The notes under the pieces are model-generated. The model did not search any database, was not told the DNA's origin, and saw only the letters and a program-made list of their open reading frames with translations. The position numbers and the translations under genes were made by a program. Source: Candidatus Latescibacterota bacterium (GTDB lineage: Bacteria > Latescibacterota > UBA2968 > UBA8231). Taken from it: DNA of 64,000 nucleotides. This document shows positions 1-10,712 of the stretch, piece after piece; the first letter of the stretch is position 1; every line of letters begins with the position of its first letter. Where the stretch lies: positions 672,001-736,000 of the forward strand of contig OY730476.1 in assembly GCA_963422735.1 (NCBI GenBank), read 5' to 3'.

Positions 1-569
1 GAGGTGCAGAGGATGCGCGGGTAGTTGTCGCCGAAGTTGAAATAGGGGATGGTGATCAGGCGCGGGTGCAAGGCCCCGGTGACCCGGCCGAGCGAGAGGC
101 CAGTGCCCTTGCCGTGCCCGCCCTCGATTTCCACGACGAGGGACTTACCGCTAATGCGGAACCGGTAGAGGAAGTTGGCTTGTTCCTCCCCTAGCTTCCA
201 CTGCCAGCGGGCCTCGACGCAATCGCCCACTTGCTCATAGGAGATGAAGTGCCGCTCTACTTCTTCGCTGCTAGCCGGCCAAACCGAGCCGCCCATTTCC
301 ACGGCAATCCCGCCGTCTTCGGCCGGTTTGATCGGGTCGCTGTTGTTGACTTCTAGCTCGATATCGGCGAAGGTTCCATCAATTGGCGTGTAGATAAATT
401 GGACGACGGCAGAGACAGAGCGGCTTTCAAAGACAAAGGAAATGCCCTCTTTGCGAATCGATGTTTCGACTTCTTCTTGGAGCGGGGGAAAAATCGAGGG
501 TTGGCTTTGGCTAGCGGATGCGGGCTGTTGCTCGCCCAAAGCTATCGCCGCCCCTGTGAGGTCTGCCAT
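1..569 (-). CDS. Hypothetical protein, N-terminal part (runs off the window start)
   Basis: Manual translation from ATG at 569 gives an open frame MADLTGAAIALGEQQ...EGISFVFESRSVSAVVQFIYTPIDG...PYFNFGDNYPRILCT to the window edge. Absent from the ORF track because it has no stop in the window. Confidence 0.75.
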   Translation of the reverse strand, partial: MADLTGAAIALGEQQPASASQSQPSIFPPLQEEVETSIRKEGISFVFESRSVSAVVQFIYTPIDGTFADIELEVNNSDPIKPAEDGGIAVEMGGSVWPASSEEVERHFISYEQVGDCVEARWQWKLGEEQANFLYRFRISGKSLVVEIEGGHGKGTGLSLGRVTGALHPRLITIPYFNFGDNYPRILCT

Positions 570-659
570 AAAATATCCTGACTCAGCGCATTTTTAATAT
601 TTTCAAAGTTAAACAACATAGAGAATAAACGAGGGTGTGTCAAGCTGAAGGCACTTGGT

Positions 660-688
660 TTGACCGGGGGACAAAGCCTTTCTATCTT
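660..688 (+). promoter_or_regulatory. Sigma70-like promoter TTGACC-N17-TATCTT
   Basis: TTGACC 660-665 and TATCTT 683-688 upstream of ATG 714. The same architecture recurs at other operon starts. Confidence 0.55.
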
Positions 689-713
689 ATTGTTTTATAG
701 TATCTTTAGTGAT

Positions 714-1958
714 ATGGGAACCAGCTTGAAATCAAGGGATAGCATAGTAGTTGGCGGCGGGGCCGCCGGGATGTTAGCGGCCATTGTCGCCGCCGAGGCG
801 GGCGAGCGGGTCACCTTGCTCGAAGGCAGCGGAAAATTGGGGCGGAAGATCTTGATTTCGGGCAATGGGCGCTGCAATCTGACGAATAGGGCGGCGGACG
901 ACCTCAGGCACTATCACGGCACGTATCCGCGCTTTGTCCGCAGCGCGCTAGACCAATTCTGCTTAGAGGAAACCTTGGCATTTTTTGCCGATCTAGGGAT
1001 CGAGTTCCGCGAAGAAAAACGGCAGCGCCTCTTTCCGGTGTCGGATCAAGCGCAGTCGGTCGTTGATTTGCTCGCGGACCGCATGCGCTGCCTAGGCGTT
1101 CGCGTCGAAACCAATGCCAAGGTGGTGGGCATGGACCGCGCCTTTGGCTCGTCTCGCTTTGAACTGCGTACAGCCGAGGGGCAGTGCTATACCGCAGCGC
1201 GCGTGATATTGGCCAGCGGCGGCGTCAGCCTCGCCCGCTTGGGGGCCGATCGCTCGGGCATGGACTTGGCCGTGGCCATGGGGCACCGGCTCACCGACCT
1301 CAAGCCCGGGTTGGTGCCGCTAATCAGCCCGGAAAAATACGTCACCCGCATGCAGGGGCTTAAGGTCCAGGCCGAAGTGCGCGCCACGATCGAAGGAGGG
1401 CGCGAAGCCGTTGATACAGACGACTTGCTCTTTACAAAATACGGAGTCTCCGGGTTTGCCATATTAAACCTCAGTGCCCGCTTGGTGCCCGAGTTGGGGA
1501 CGAAGCGCTCCGTGCTCCGGGTCAATTTCTTCCCCGGCCGCAGCCCGGAAGCAATCAGCCAATTGCTCAAAGAGCGCTGGCAGCGCCATCCCCATCGCTC
1601 GCTCGAGCTGAGTTTCGCCGGCTTGCTTTCCAGCAAATTGGTGCGGCCCCTCTTGGACCATTTGGGGTTTGACGCGGCGCAGCGGGTTGATCGGCTCGGC
1701 AAGGGTGCGCGCTGGCAGCTTGCCCAGAGCCTGACGAATTGGCCGATCGCGGTTAGCAGCCCGCGGCCCTTTGACTACGCCGAAGTGACGGTCGGGGGCG
1801 TGAGCACCGAGGACATTAATCCCGATACGCTCGAATCTTTTTTGGTGCCCGGCCTGTACTTTGCCGGCGAGATGGTTGACATTCACGCCGATTTGGGAGG
1901 ATTTAACTTCCAATGGGCGTGGGCCAGCGGCGTCCTCGCCGGTCGTCGGTTGGGGTAG
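714..1958 (+). CDS. HI0933/YhiN (BaiN-like) family NAD(P)/FAD-dependent flavoprotein
   Basis: VVGGGAAG, GRKILISGNGRCNLTN, LLFTKYGVSG, VTVGGV, GLYFAGEMVDIHADLGGFNFQWAWASG motifs. Start moved to ATG 714. Confidence 0.92.
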   Translation: MGTSLKSRDSIVVGGGAAGMLAAIVAAEAGERVTLLEGSGKLGRKILISGNGRCNLTNRAADDLRHYHGTYPRFVRSALDQFCLEETLAFFADLGIEFREEKRQRLFPVSDQAQSVVDLLADRMRCLGVRVETNAKVVGMDRAFGSSRFELRTAEGQCYTAARVILASGGVSLARLGADRSGMDLAVAMGHRLTDLKPGLVPLISPEKYVTRMQGLKVQAEVRATIEGGREAVDTDDLLFTKYGVSGFAILNLSARLVPELGTKRSVLRVNFFPGRSPEAISQLLKERWQRHPHRSLELSFAGLLSSKLVRPLLDHLGFDAAQRVDRLGKGARWQLAQSLTNWPIAVSSPRPFDYAEVTVGGVSTEDINPDTLESFLVPGLYFAGEMVDIHADLGGFNFQWAWASGVLAGRRLG

Positions 1959-1999
1959 TGAGACTGGCGCGATTCGCCTGTGGACATAGATTGAAGTAG

Positions 2000-2605
2000 A
2001 TGCGAGCAGATGGAACAGGCCGGGTGGCCGGCATCATTTTGGCGGCGGGCATGTCCACCCGCATGGGGCAGCTCAAGCAGCTATTGCCCTTGGGAGGACG
2101 GGCGGCCATTGAACGGATCGCCGAGGTTGTGGGGCGGCAGTTGGATGAGGTGGTGGTCGTACTCGGCCACCGCGCTGCGGAGATTGCCCCGGTATTGGCC
2201 GCTTATCCGGTCCGTTGGGTCGTCAATGCCGACTATCAAACGGGTATGCTTTCCTCCGTACAATGCGGACTAAGGGCGGTGGGTAGAGCAGCCGATTACT
2301 TGATTTTCCTAGGCGACCAACCCCGGTTGAGCAGAGCCTTAATAGAGCAGGTTTTGCAGGCAAGAAAACAGGTCCGCGAGGGTATCATCATACCCACCGC
2401 CAACGGGAAAAGGGGCCATCCCGTATTGATCTGCAACGCCTACCGGACGGAAATTTTGGGATTGCCGCCGGATGTGGGATTAAACTTAGTGACCCGGGGC
2501 CATCCCGAGGATACGTGCGAACTGCCTGTGGCAGAGAAGGCCATCCTGACCGACATGGACACTCCAGCCGACTACCAGCGCGAGCTGGCCTACTGGCCAG
2601 AATAA
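2000..2605 (+). CDS. MobA/MocA-like nucleotidyltransferase (molybdenum cofactor cytidylyltransferase-like)
   Basis: ILAAGMSTRMGQLKQLL, LGDQP, GHPVL, DMDTPADY motifs; adjacent to xdhC. Confidence 0.88.
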   Translation: MRADGTGRVAGIILAAGMSTRMGQLKQLLPLGGRAAIERIAEVVGRQLDEVVVVLGHRAAEIAPVLAAYPVRWVVNADYQTGMLSSVQCGLRAVGRAADYLIFLGDQPRLSRALIEQVLQARKQVREGIIIPTANGKRGHPVLICNAYRTEILGLPPDVGLNLVTRGHPEDTCELPVAEKAILTDMDTPADYQRELAYWPE

Positions 2606-2608
2606 ATT

Positions 2609-3709
2609 ATGGACGACATCCTCAGCGAAATTGTCCGGCGCAAGAGTTGGGGTGAGCGAATGGCTTTAGCCTCGCTCGTGTGGAGCACCGGCTCGATTCC
2701 CATGAGTGAGCGGGCCAAAATGATCGTCGCCGAGGAAGGGGAAGTGGTCGGCACCATAGGCGGCGGATGCCTCGAAGCCGAGGTCTTGAGTGCCGGCCGT
2801 ACCGCGCTAGAGACCGGAGAAAATCAGCTCCTGCGCTACACCATGACGGAAAAACAAGCCGGGGAAAGTGGCTTAAATTGCGGCGGCAGCGTGCGGATTT
2901 ACACCGAAGTCATCGAGTCGGACGAGGCTGCCGACTTCTATGGCCGAGTGCTAGCGGCGCGTCGGGCGCGCAGCGGTTGTGCGCTAGCGACTCTGCTCAA
3001 GCGTCGTTTTGATGGCACCGGGGAGGGGCGGTTGTGGCTAGGGGCCGACGGCAGCGTCTGCGGCTCGCTGGGTACGCCCGCAGCTGATCGCCAAGTGGAG
3101 GAGTGCTTGCCCGAAGTGCTCGTGCGCGAACGCGGCCTAGTCTGCGCGCTGGACCCGAGCGCCGAACTGGGAGAGGCCGCGGAAGTATTTATCGAGCCGT
3201 TCTTGCCCGAACCTGTGCTCTACGTCTTCGGCGGGGGCCACGTAGGCGGGCAGATTTGCGCGCTGGCCAAAAACGTAGGCTTCCGCGTCGTCCTCATTGA
3301 CGATCGCCCGGCGTTTGCCAATCCCGAACGACATCCGCAGGCCGACGAGTGCTTAGTCGCCGGCATGGAGGAGGTGTTTGCCCACTTGCCTATTGACGAC
3401 CAGTCCTACATCATTGCGGCCACTCGCGGCCACCAGCACGACGAAATCGTCGTCGAAGCGGCGATCAAGACGCCGGCGCGCTACATCGGAATGCTGGGCA
3501 GCGAGCGCAAAAAGCTCATCTTGTGGCGGCGGATCGCCGAGCGTGGCGGGGACCCGCAGCGCTTGGACGCCGTTTTTGCGCCGATTGGGGTCAACATCGG
3601 GGCGGATACCCCGACCGAGATCGCGGTCAGCGTCGTCGCCGAGTTGATCGAGCACCGGCGCGGAACGCCCAAAGTGTGGAAGACGAAGAGAAAAACCCAT
3701 GGGGGATGA
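2609..3709 (+). CDS. xdhC: XdhC/CoxI family molybdoenzyme maturation factor
   Basis: GTIGGGCLEAEV, GLNCGG, VFGGGHVG, ATRGHQHD, YIGMLGS, APIGVNIGADTPTEIAVSVVAE. Confidence 0.9.
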   Translation: MDDILSEIVRRKSWGERMALASLVWSTGSIPMSERAKMIVAEEGEVVGTIGGGCLEAEVLSAGRTALETGENQLLRYTMTEKQAGESGLNCGGSVRIYTEVIESDEAADFYGRVLAARRARSGCALATLLKRRFDGTGEGRLWLGADGSVCGSLGTPAADRQVEECLPEVLVRERGLVCALDPSAELGEAAEVFIEPFLPEPVLYVFGGGHVGGQICALAKNVGFRVVLIDDRPAFANPERHPQADECLVAGMEEVFAHLPIDDQSYIIAATRGHQHDEIVVEAAIKTPARYIGMLGSERKKLILWRRIAERGGDPQRLDAVFAPIGVNIGADTPTEIAVSVVAELIEHRRGTPKVWKTKRKTHGG

Positions 3710-4709
3710 ATTGCGCTACGGGGTGGCCGCCTGTCAGGTCGCCCAACCCAATCCCACCGACCGCTCTGAAATAGCCCCCAACACCGCTCGCATGGTCGAA
3801 ATGGTCGATATGGCCGTTGAAGGCTACGGGCCGTTTATGGACATCAAGCTGCTGGCCTTTCCCGAATTTGGCCACGCCGCTCCCATCTATCCCACCGCCA
3901 AGAGCTTGCTGGCCAAATTGACCGTTCCCGTTCCCAACGAGCACACGGCCCGCTTGGAGGACAAAGCCCGCGAATTGGGCGTGTACATCCAAACGGCCAC
4001 CTTCCTCGAAGAGGATCCCCAATGGCCGGGCAAGGTTTTCAACACGACCTGCCTGCTCGGGCCGGAAGGACTGTGGTACAAGTACCGCAAGGTCAACCCG
4101 TGGATCCCTTGGGAAGTCCACACCAGCCCCCACGACTTGGCCGACTACGAGGACGAACTGTTCCCGGTGGCCCAGACGCCCATCGGCTGCATTGGCGCGG
4201 CGATCTGCTACGACTGGCTCTTTCCCGAGCCGCTGCGCCAGCTCACAGCCCACGGTGCCGAAATCCTCGTCCGCGTCTCGGCCTATATGGATCCTTGGGG
4301 TGCGACGCCGCCGATGGATTGGTGGACGACGGTCAACCGCTGTCGGGCCTTGGAAAATGCGGCGTATGTGCTCGCCGCCAACCAAGGGGCCGAGCTGAGT
4401 CACTATCCTCCCTTTTCTTGGCCGGGCGGCTCGATGGTCGTCGATTTCGACGGCCGCATCCTCGCCCAAGCCGACCCGGGACTAGGAGAAAAAATCGTCG
4501 TCTCCGAGGTCGATATCAGTGCCTTGCGGCACGTCCGCAAGCGGCGCACCGGCCACCACACCTTGGCCCACCTGCGCAGCGAGGCGTACCCCCTGTACGG
4601 ACAGCCTTACTATCCGCAGGGCAGTTTCTCCGCAGAGGGCAATCACACCGTCGTCATGAACGAAGAGCGCATCGCCGAGGTTAAGCAGAGGATAAACCGG
4701 CAGCCGTGA
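3699..4709 (+). CDS. Nitrilase-related carbon-nitrogen hydrolase
   Basis: Glu-Lys-Cys triad motifs FPEF, YRKV, ICYD; RALEN; GGSMVVDFDG. Confidence 0.88.
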   Translation: MGDELRYGVAACQVAQPNPTDRSEIAPNTARMVEMVDMAVEGYGPFMDIKLLAFPEFGHAAPIYPTAKSLLAKLTVPVPNEHTARLEDKARELGVYIQTATFLEEDPQWPGKVFNTTCLLGPEGLWYKYRKVNPWIPWEVHTSPHDLADYEDELFPVAQTPIGCIGAAICYDWLFPEPLRQLTAHGAEILVRVSAYMDPWGATPPMDWWTTVNRCRALENAAYVLAANQGAELSHYPPFSWPGGSMVVDFDGRILAQADPGLGEKIVVSEVDISALRHVRKRRTGHHTLAHLRSEAYPLYGQPYYPQGSFSAEGNHTVVMNEERIAEVKQRINRQP

Positions 4710-5422
4710 AGCGCTATGGCGACCGTCAGATTCGCCGCACCCTGGGCAGGTACAACACTCGGCAGGTGCGTCGCACTTTAGCAACCGGCTGCGATCTGCA
4801 TATGGCGGAAGTCGGCGATGTAGATGCCCTGTTTGACCGCATGATCGAGCGCGAAGGGCGGCTGCAGGGGGTAGAGCGCTTTCCCTATTGGGCCGAGCTG
4901 TGGCCGACGGCATTGGCCATGGCCCAGTGGTTTTGCCGCACTGAGGAGCCGACCCCCGCAGGTTGGACCTGCGAACTCGGCTGTGGCTTGGGGCTGGTAG
5001 GCATTGCCTTAGCCAAGTTAGGTTGGCGCGTCGAAGCGACCGATTTTGTCGAGGACGCGCTGATTTTCGCCACCCACAATGCCCGGCGCAATGGGGTCCA
5101 GCACAACCACCGAGTGGCCTATTTGGACTGGCGAAATCCCGTGGGGGAGCCGCACGAGTGCTTGGTAGGGTCGGATATCATCTACGAAAAGAAAAATCAC
5201 CGCTATCTCGAGCGCATCCTACACAAACTGCTGCTGCCCGGCGGTCGATTTTACCTCGGGGATCCGCAGCGCAAGGACGCCGCCGACTTCGTCTGGCGGC
5301 TCGTTTCCCAAGGCTATAGTCAACGGCGGGAAACGCGAGTCGAGACGTGGGATTCAGTCGAGTACCAAGTCGACATCTACGTATTTACCAAGCCTCAAGC
5401 CGATAGCAGGGCACTTAGGTGA
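4706..5422 (+). CDS. Class I SAM-dependent methyltransferase, METTL21/Nnt1 (lysine methyltransferase-like) family
   Basis: PYWAELWP, ELGCGLGLVG, ATD, LDW, GSDIIYE motifs. Confidence 0.82.
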   Translation: MKRYGDRQIRRTLGRYNTRQVRRTLATGCDLHMAEVGDVDALFDRMIEREGRLQGVERFPYWAELWPTALAMAQWFCRTEEPTPAGWTCELGCGLGLVGIALAKLGWRVEATDFVEDALIFATHNARRNGVQHNHRVAYLDWRNPVGEPHECLVGSDIIYEKKNHRYLERILHKLLLPGGRFYLGDPQRKDAADFVWRLVSQGYSQRRETRVETWDSVEYQVDIYVFTKPQADSRALR

Positions 5423-6339
5423 GCAGCCACGGAAGCCGCAGTCGCCTCTAAGTCGTATCCGCCCTCTAGCAAGGAGACGAGGCGTCCCTCGCAGTGGTGG
5501 GCGGCTAGTTGGAGCACCAACTCGGTCAGCTTGCCATAGCACTCTGCGCTGAGCAGGATTTGCCCTAGGGGGTCGCTGCGGTGGGCGTCAAAACCGGCCG
5601 ACAGGAGGATGAAGTCGGGTTGGAACCGGTCTATGGCCGGGGCGATGGTGTCGGCGAAGTGGCGCAGGTAATCGGCATTGGTGCTGCCGGCCGGAACCGG
5701 GATATTCAAGGTTTGGCCGGATCCTGCTCCCATCCCGCACTCGTCGGCCGCACCGGTGCCCGGATAGAGGGGAGATTGGTGGATGCTGCAAAAAAACACC
5801 GAGCCGTCGGCCTCAAAGATGTGCTGCGTCCCATTGCCGTGATGGACGTCCCAGTCGATGATCGCCACTTTGTCGCAGCCGCATTCGGCCCGCAAATAGT
5901 GCGCAGCGACCGCTGCGTTGTTGAAGAAGCAAAAGCCCATGATTTGCTCGACTTCGGCGTGATGACCCGGGGGCCGCATGCAGCAAAAGGCATGGTCGGC
6001 GCGGCCGGCGAGCAGGGAGTCGATGGCGGTTAAAGGAGCACCGGCCGCGAGCAGGGCGGCGCGATACGTGCTTGGAGAGGTTGCGGTGTCTTGGCTTACA
6101 TAGGCGGGGCGCTCGATTCGTGCGAGGGCTGCTACTCGCTCCAAGTGGGCCGGCGAGTGGGCTCTGAGCAGGGCGCGACGCGGTGCCAACCGCGGATGCA
6201 GGTGCAGAACCTCGTCCCAGAGCGAGTGGTCTTTTAGATGCTGGACAATGGATTCCAACCGCGCGCGGTGCTCTGGATGACCCTCGCCTGTGTCGTGCAG
6301 CAAGGCGTCGGGGTGGTAGATCAAGGCCGTCCTAGCCAC
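5395..6339 (-). CDS. Zn-dependent histone deacetylase family protein (class II-like / acetylpolyamine amidohydrolase-like)
   Basis: HPE, RPPGHHA, GFCFFNN, DWDVHHGNGTQ, SAGFDAH, LEGGY. Confidence 0.93.
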   Translation of the reverse strand: MARTALIYHPDALLHDTGEGHPEHRARLESIVQHLKDHSLWDEVLHLHPRLAPRRALLRAHSPAHLERVAALARIERPAYVSQDTATSPSTYRAALLAAGAPLTAIDSLLAGRADHAFCCMRPPGHHAEVEQIMGFCFFNNAAVAAHYLRAECGCDKVAIIDWDVHHGNGTQHIFEADGSVFFCSIHQSPLYPGTGAADECGMGAGSGQTLNIPVPAGSTNADYLRHFADTIAPAIDRFQPDFILLSAGFDAHRSDPLGQILLSAECYGKLTELVLQLAAHHCEGRLVSLLEGGYDLEATAASVAAHLSALLSA

Positions 6340-6793
6340 AGCTTACCACTTCTCCTGCGTCTATGGATGTAATAGCGCAGCGTCCGAGGATGCGGATGTC
6401 CTCGGCGATTGCCGCATCGTCCAAGGCAGCAGAGTCGCACCAGCGCAATTGCGTGGATTCGCGGGGATTGATGCGGGCGCGTCCGCTTACTACGCGGCTA
6501 AAGTAAATCAGGTCTATGTGCTGATGGCCCGGTTCGATATCCTCTAGGAGGATACACGCGGGGCGGTACAGGACAGCGACCTGTCCCCACTGCTGTTGTC
6601 GGCCCAGCAACTCGACGGTCAGTCCGGTTTCTTCGCGCACTTCGCGGAGGGCGGCTTCTTCGGGTAGTTCGCCCGGGTCAATGTGCCCGCCCGGGGGCAG
6701 CCAAGCCTGCATTTTTTTGTGCCATAGCAAGAGGGTGGCTCCCTCGTGGACGACGAAGGTGGTCGCCGTAAAGTCGCGGGTAATCGCCGCCAA
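6332..6793 (-). CDS. NUDIX hydrolase
   Basis: Nudix box GGHIDPGELPEEAALREVREETG and HQHIDLIY. Start probably TTG 6793; the track extends to 6910. Confidence 0.88.
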   Translation of the reverse strand: MAAITRDFTATTFVVHEGATLLLWHKKMQAWLPPGGHIDPGELPEEAALREVREETGLTVELLGRQQQWGQVAVLYRPACILLEDIEPGHQHIDLIYFSRVVSGRARINPRESTQLRWCDSAALDDAAIAEDIRILGRCAITSIDAGEVVSCG

Positions 6794-6975
6794 GAGCCGC
6801 TCGTTGTAGCGCGTGATAAAGAGGAACCAAGGGTGCGCGTTACCGCGCCGGAGAGTCAATATAGCCGGTCGCCCAGTGAAAAGAAAGCCCGCGACAGACA
6901 CACGCTGCATTGACCAATGTTGCTCGCCAATTATTTTACAAGTCTTGCTTTAGATTCTTTCAGATTGAGAGTGAT

Positions 6976-8169
6976 ATGGCTACTGAGATCGTCATGCCCA
7001 AGTTGGGGTTGACTATGGAAAGCGGCGCAATAAGCGCTTGGTTGGTAGAAGAGGGCCAAAAAGTGCAAAAGGGCCAGGCCTTGTTGGAAATCGCCACCGA
7101 CAAAGTGACCATGGAAGTCGAGGCGCAGGCCGACGGAATCCTGCGCAAAATTCTGGTGCCGGTCGGCCAAGCAGTACCGGTATCGACGACGATCGGCGTC
7201 ATTGCCGCCGCTGATGAAGACATTGGCTCGTACGTCGCCGCTGCTGCGAGCGACCCCGCTCCACCCGCTCCGGCCTCGCCGACCCCAGCCCCACAGGCTC
7301 TGGCCCCCTCCGCTGATTCCGATGGACGTCGGCCACATAAGACCTCGCCCAAAGCGCGGAAAATAGCGGCCGAGCACGGCCTCGCCCTGTCCGGCGTCAG
7401 CGGCAGTGGCCCCGGGGGCCGGATCGTTAGCGCCGATGTGCTGGCCTTGGTCGAGCAAACTCGGCTAGCTCCGGCTCCAGCCCCAGCCCCGGTCTCCGAA
7501 GGGCGCATTGAGCTAAGCCGGGCCGAGCAAGTAGCCGCCGAGCGGTTGACGGCTAGCTACCAACAGATCCCCCACATCCACCTCAGCATGGACGTATCGG
7601 CCGTGTGGTTGCAGCAATTCCGCACCGGCTACCAACTAGAGGGCAAAAAAATCTCCTTCAACGATCTAATCGTCAAAGCCACGGCCCGCACCCTAAGCGA
7701 ATTTCCCCGCGTCAACAGCTTGGCAGAGGGCGGTCATTTCCGCTACGCCTCCCAAGTCAACGTCGGCATTGCCGTGGCGGCTGAGCAGGGCTTGGTGGTT
7801 CCGGTCATTCGCGACGCGGCCGAAAAGACAGTCGAGGAAATCGCCTTAGAAGGGACGAGAATGATCGACGCGGCGCGCCGCGGCCAGTTGCGCCCCGACG
7901 ACATGCTGGGCGGCACCTTTACCATCTCGAACTTGGGGATGTTCGGCATCTCCCGCTTTACTGCGATCATCAATCCTCCCCAAGTGGCGATCTTGGCCGT
8001 CGGAGCCATAGAAAACCGGGTGGTAGCCTCGGGGGCAGACGCATTTGCCGTGCGTCCGCAGCTAACCCTGACGCTGGCCGCCGATCACCGCGTCGTCGAT
8101 GGTGCGCTAAGCGCCCGATTTCTCGTGCGGCTCAAGGAAGTACTGGAAACGCCCGGTTTGCTCGGCTAG
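6976..8169 (+). CDS. Dihydrolipoamide acyltransferase (E2) of a 2-oxoacid/acetoin dehydrogenase complex
   Basis: Lipoyl domain (MPKLG...ATDKVTMEV), Pro/Ala linker, E3-binding domain (SPKARKIA...GPGGRI), catalytic DHRVVDGA. Confidence 0.93.
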   Translation: MATEIVMPKLGLTMESGAISAWLVEEGQKVQKGQALLEIATDKVTMEVEAQADGILRKILVPVGQAVPVSTTIGVIAAADEDIGSYVAAAASDPAPPAPASPTPAPQALAPSADSDGRRPHKTSPKARKIAAEHGLALSGVSGSGPGGRIVSADVLALVEQTRLAPAPAPAPVSEGRIELSRAEQVAAERLTASYQQIPHIHLSMDVSAVWLQQFRTGYQLEGKKISFNDLIVKATARTLSEFPRVNSLAEGGHFRYASQVNVGIAVAAEQGLVVPVIRDAAEKTVEEIALEGTRMIDAARRGQLRPDDMLGGTFTISNLGMFGISRFTAIINPPQVAILAVGAIENRVVASGADAFAVRPQLTLTLAADHRVVDGALSARFLVRLKEVLETPGLLG

Positions 8170-8181
8170 CAGTTCCTCACC

Positions 8182-8210
8182 TTGACCACATCTAGGCCGC
8201 CATTTATCTT
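8182..8210 (+). promoter_or_regulatory. Sigma70-like promoter TTGACC-N17-TATCTT for ftsH
   Basis: TTGACC 8182-8187 and TATCTT 8205-8210. Confidence 0.55.
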
Positions 8211-8288
8211 CAAAACCGCAAAAATTTGGCCCTTTTACCCTTGTGTACCGGGGGTGGAAGAGCGCGTCCTGGCATCGGAAAATAGCGC

Positions 8289-10187
8289 ATGAAATTTGAG
8301 AAAAAGACCCAGCTTTCCATTGCGTACGCCGTCCTTACGCTGCTCCTGCTCCTGAGCCTGCAAAACTATTTCGCCAACCAAGTTGAAACTCTTCCGTATA
8401 GCCAGTTCCGGGCGTGGATCAAAAGCGGGCAGGTCATTGAGTGTACCTTTAGTGGTGAGTTCATTCACGGCCACGCCAATGTCGATGGCCAAGAGATCAG
8501 CTTCCGCACCGCCGCCATAGACGATCCCGAGATCATCGGCCTACTCGAAGAACACCAAGTCGAGTTTACCCGCCAGCCCAGCAACAATTGGTTCACTCAG
8601 CTTTTGTCCTGGATCCTGCCCGCGCTAATTTTCGTGGGAATCTGGCTGTTTATCGCCCGTCGCTTGAGCGGAGGTGCCGGTGGCTTGATGTCCATCGGCA
8701 AGAGCAAGGCCAAGGTGTACATGGAGAAGGGGACGGGCATTACCTTTGACGACGTGGCGGGCATTGACGAAGCCAAAGAAGAGTTGCTGGAGATCGTCGA
8801 GTTTTTGCGCACCCCCGAGCGCTTTCAGGCCCTCGGGGGCCGGATTCCGCGCGGGGTCTTACTCGTGGGGTCTCCGGGCACGGGTAAGACCCTGTTGGCC
8901 AAGGCCGTCGCCGGCGAGGCGAGCGTGCCCTTTTTCTCCCTCAGCGGCTCGGATTTTGTCGAGATGTTCGTCGGGGTGGGAGCCGCGCGAGTGCGCGACC
9001 TTTTTGAACAGGCCAAAAAACACGCCCCGGCCATTATCTTCATCGACGAGCTCGACGCCTTGGGCAAGGCTCGAGGGGCCGGTTCTTTTGGCGGCCACGA
9101 CGAGCGCGAGCAGACGCTCAACCAGCTCCTCACCGAGCTCGACGGCTTCGACACCAACGCCGGCGTAATCCTCATGGCGGCGACCAACCGGCCGGAAATC
9201 CTCGACCCGGCCTTGCTGCGCCCCGGCCGCTTTGACCGCATTGTGGCCGTGGATCGGCCCGATGTCAAGGGGCGCGCCGCCATCCTCCAGATCCATGCCA
9301 AGGAGGTCAAGCTGGCCCCGGACGTAGATCTACACAAACTGGCCGTGCGCACTCCGGGTTTTGCTGGTGCGGACTTGGCCAATATCGTCAATGAAGCGGC
9401 TCTATTGGCGGCGCGGAGAGATAAAAATTCCATCACCATGTCCGAGCTAGAAGAGGCGATTGAGCGCTCGGTGGCCGGACTGGAGCGCAAAAGCCGCGTG
9501 CTCAATGAGAAGGAGCGCCGGATCGTCGCGTACCACGAAGCTGGGCACGCCATCGTCGGCGAGGTTTTGCCCGAGGCCAATCCCGTGCAGAAGATATCCA
9601 TCGTATCGCGGGGTATCGCCGCCTTGGGCTACACGCTGAATATGCCGCTGGAGGACCGCTATCTAATGACCAAGGAGGAGTTGCAGGACGCCTTGGCCGC
9701 GATCTTGGGCGGCCGGGCGGCCGAGGAGATCGTCTTTGGCGAGATATCCACCGGTGCGGCCAACGACTTGCAGCAGGCCACGCAAATGGCCGAGCGGATG
9801 GTCAAAGAGTTCGGCATGAGCCAGCGGATTGGCTTGGTGGCCCACCGAACGGACCGCTCGCAACAGGTACTGGGCATGCCCCTAGCTGAGCGCACGTACA
9901 GCGATGAGACGGCCAAGCTCATCGACGAGGAAATCAAGAGCATCATCGGCGCGGGGTACGTGCGGGCCAAGGCCCTGCTCACTCAGCATCGGCAAGCACT
10001 GGAGGATGTCGTTGAGATACTCTTTGAGGAAGAGGTGATGGACGGCGACCAACTACGCAACTTACTCGCGAAGCACGGGATAGAGCTGTCACTTAGGCCG
10101 GAACAAGAGGCGTCGCCCGACAGCCATGCCGCCGAGCCGCAGGCCAACGGCAATGCTCCGCAGTCGGAAGAGCGCGAGGTTCCCTAG
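8289..10187 (+). CDS. ftsH: ATP-dependent zinc metalloprotease FtsH
   Basis: Two TM segments, Walker [33 protein letters not shown] zinc motif. Confidence 0.97.
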   Translation: MKFEKKTQLSIAYAVLTLLLLLSLQNYFANQVETLPYSQFRAWIKSGQVIECTFSGEFIHGHANVDGQEISFRTAAIDDPEIIGLLEEHQVEFTRQPSNNWFTQLLSWILPALIFVGIWLFIARRLSGGAGGLMSIGKSKAKVYMEKGTGITFDDVAGIDEAKEELLEIVEFLRTPERFQALGGRIPRGVLLVGSPGTGKTLLAKAVAGEASVPFFSLSGSDFVEMFVGVGAARVRDLFEQAKKHAPAIIFIDELDALGKARGAGSFGGHDEREQTLNQLLTELDGFDTNAGVILMAATNRPEILDPALLRPGRFDRIVAVDRPDVKGRAAILQIHAKEVKLAPDVDLHKLAVRTPGFAGADLANIVNEAALLAARRDKNSITMSELEEAIERSVAGLERKSRVLNEKERRIVAYHEAGHAIVGEVLPEANPVQKISIVSRGIAALGYTLNMPLEDRYLMTKEELQDALAAILGGRAAEEIVFGEISTGAANDLQQATQMAERMVKEFGMSQRIGLVAHRTDRSQQVLGMPLAERTYSDETAKLIDEEIKSIIGAGYVRAKALLTQHRQALEDVVEILFEEEVMDGDQLRNLLAKHGIELSLRPEQEASPDSHAAEPQANGNAPQSEEREVP

Positions 10188-10639
10188 CCCACGGCGGCGA
10201 TGACTTCCAACTCGACGGCTGCTCCCAGCGGCAAGCCGGCGACGCCGATGGCCAAGCGTGCGTGCATCCCCTTATTTCCGAGGACTGAGGCCAGCAGATC
10301 GGAAGCGCCATTGACCACGTCGGCGTGTGCCGAAAAACCGGGTGCTGCAGCTACGTATCCTCCCAAGCGGACAATGGAGACGGCGTCGAGGTCGCCGGTT
10401 TCGGCTTTGAGAGTGCTCAGGGCGTTGAGGGCGCACAACTTGGCGGCGGCATACCCCGCTTCGACATCCAAGTTCTCACCCACAATTCCCGCGTATTGAA
10501 TCCGGCCGGCTAGTAGAGGCAACTGACCTGAGACGAAGATCAAAGGGCCACTTTGCACTGCGCGAGTATAGCTGCCGGCTGGTTGAGGCGGAGGGGGAAG
10601 TTGTAGGTTTAGGTTTCTTAGTTTTTTCTCCACAGACAT
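10184..10639 (-). CDS. RidA/YjgF family protein
   Basis: [36 protein letters not shown]. Confidence 0.9.
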   Translation of the reverse strand: MSVEKKLRNLNLQLPPPPQPAGSYTRAVQSGPLIFVSGQLPLLAGRIQYAGIVGENLDVEAGYAAAKLCALNALSTLKAETGDLDAVSIVRLGGYVAAAPGFSAHADVVNGASDLLASVLGNKGMHARLAIGVAGLPLGAAVELEVIAAVG

Positions 10640-10712
10640 GTTGAATCTCCTATGGCTTCGGGCTAGTTAGCGCGAGTAATATAGCGCGCCTAATGTCTCC
10701 AGCAAAAGAGCG

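Noticed and set aside
7250-7500. ccggctcca/ccagcc short repeats
   Set aside because: They encode the ordinary Pro/Ala linkers of the E2 subunit.
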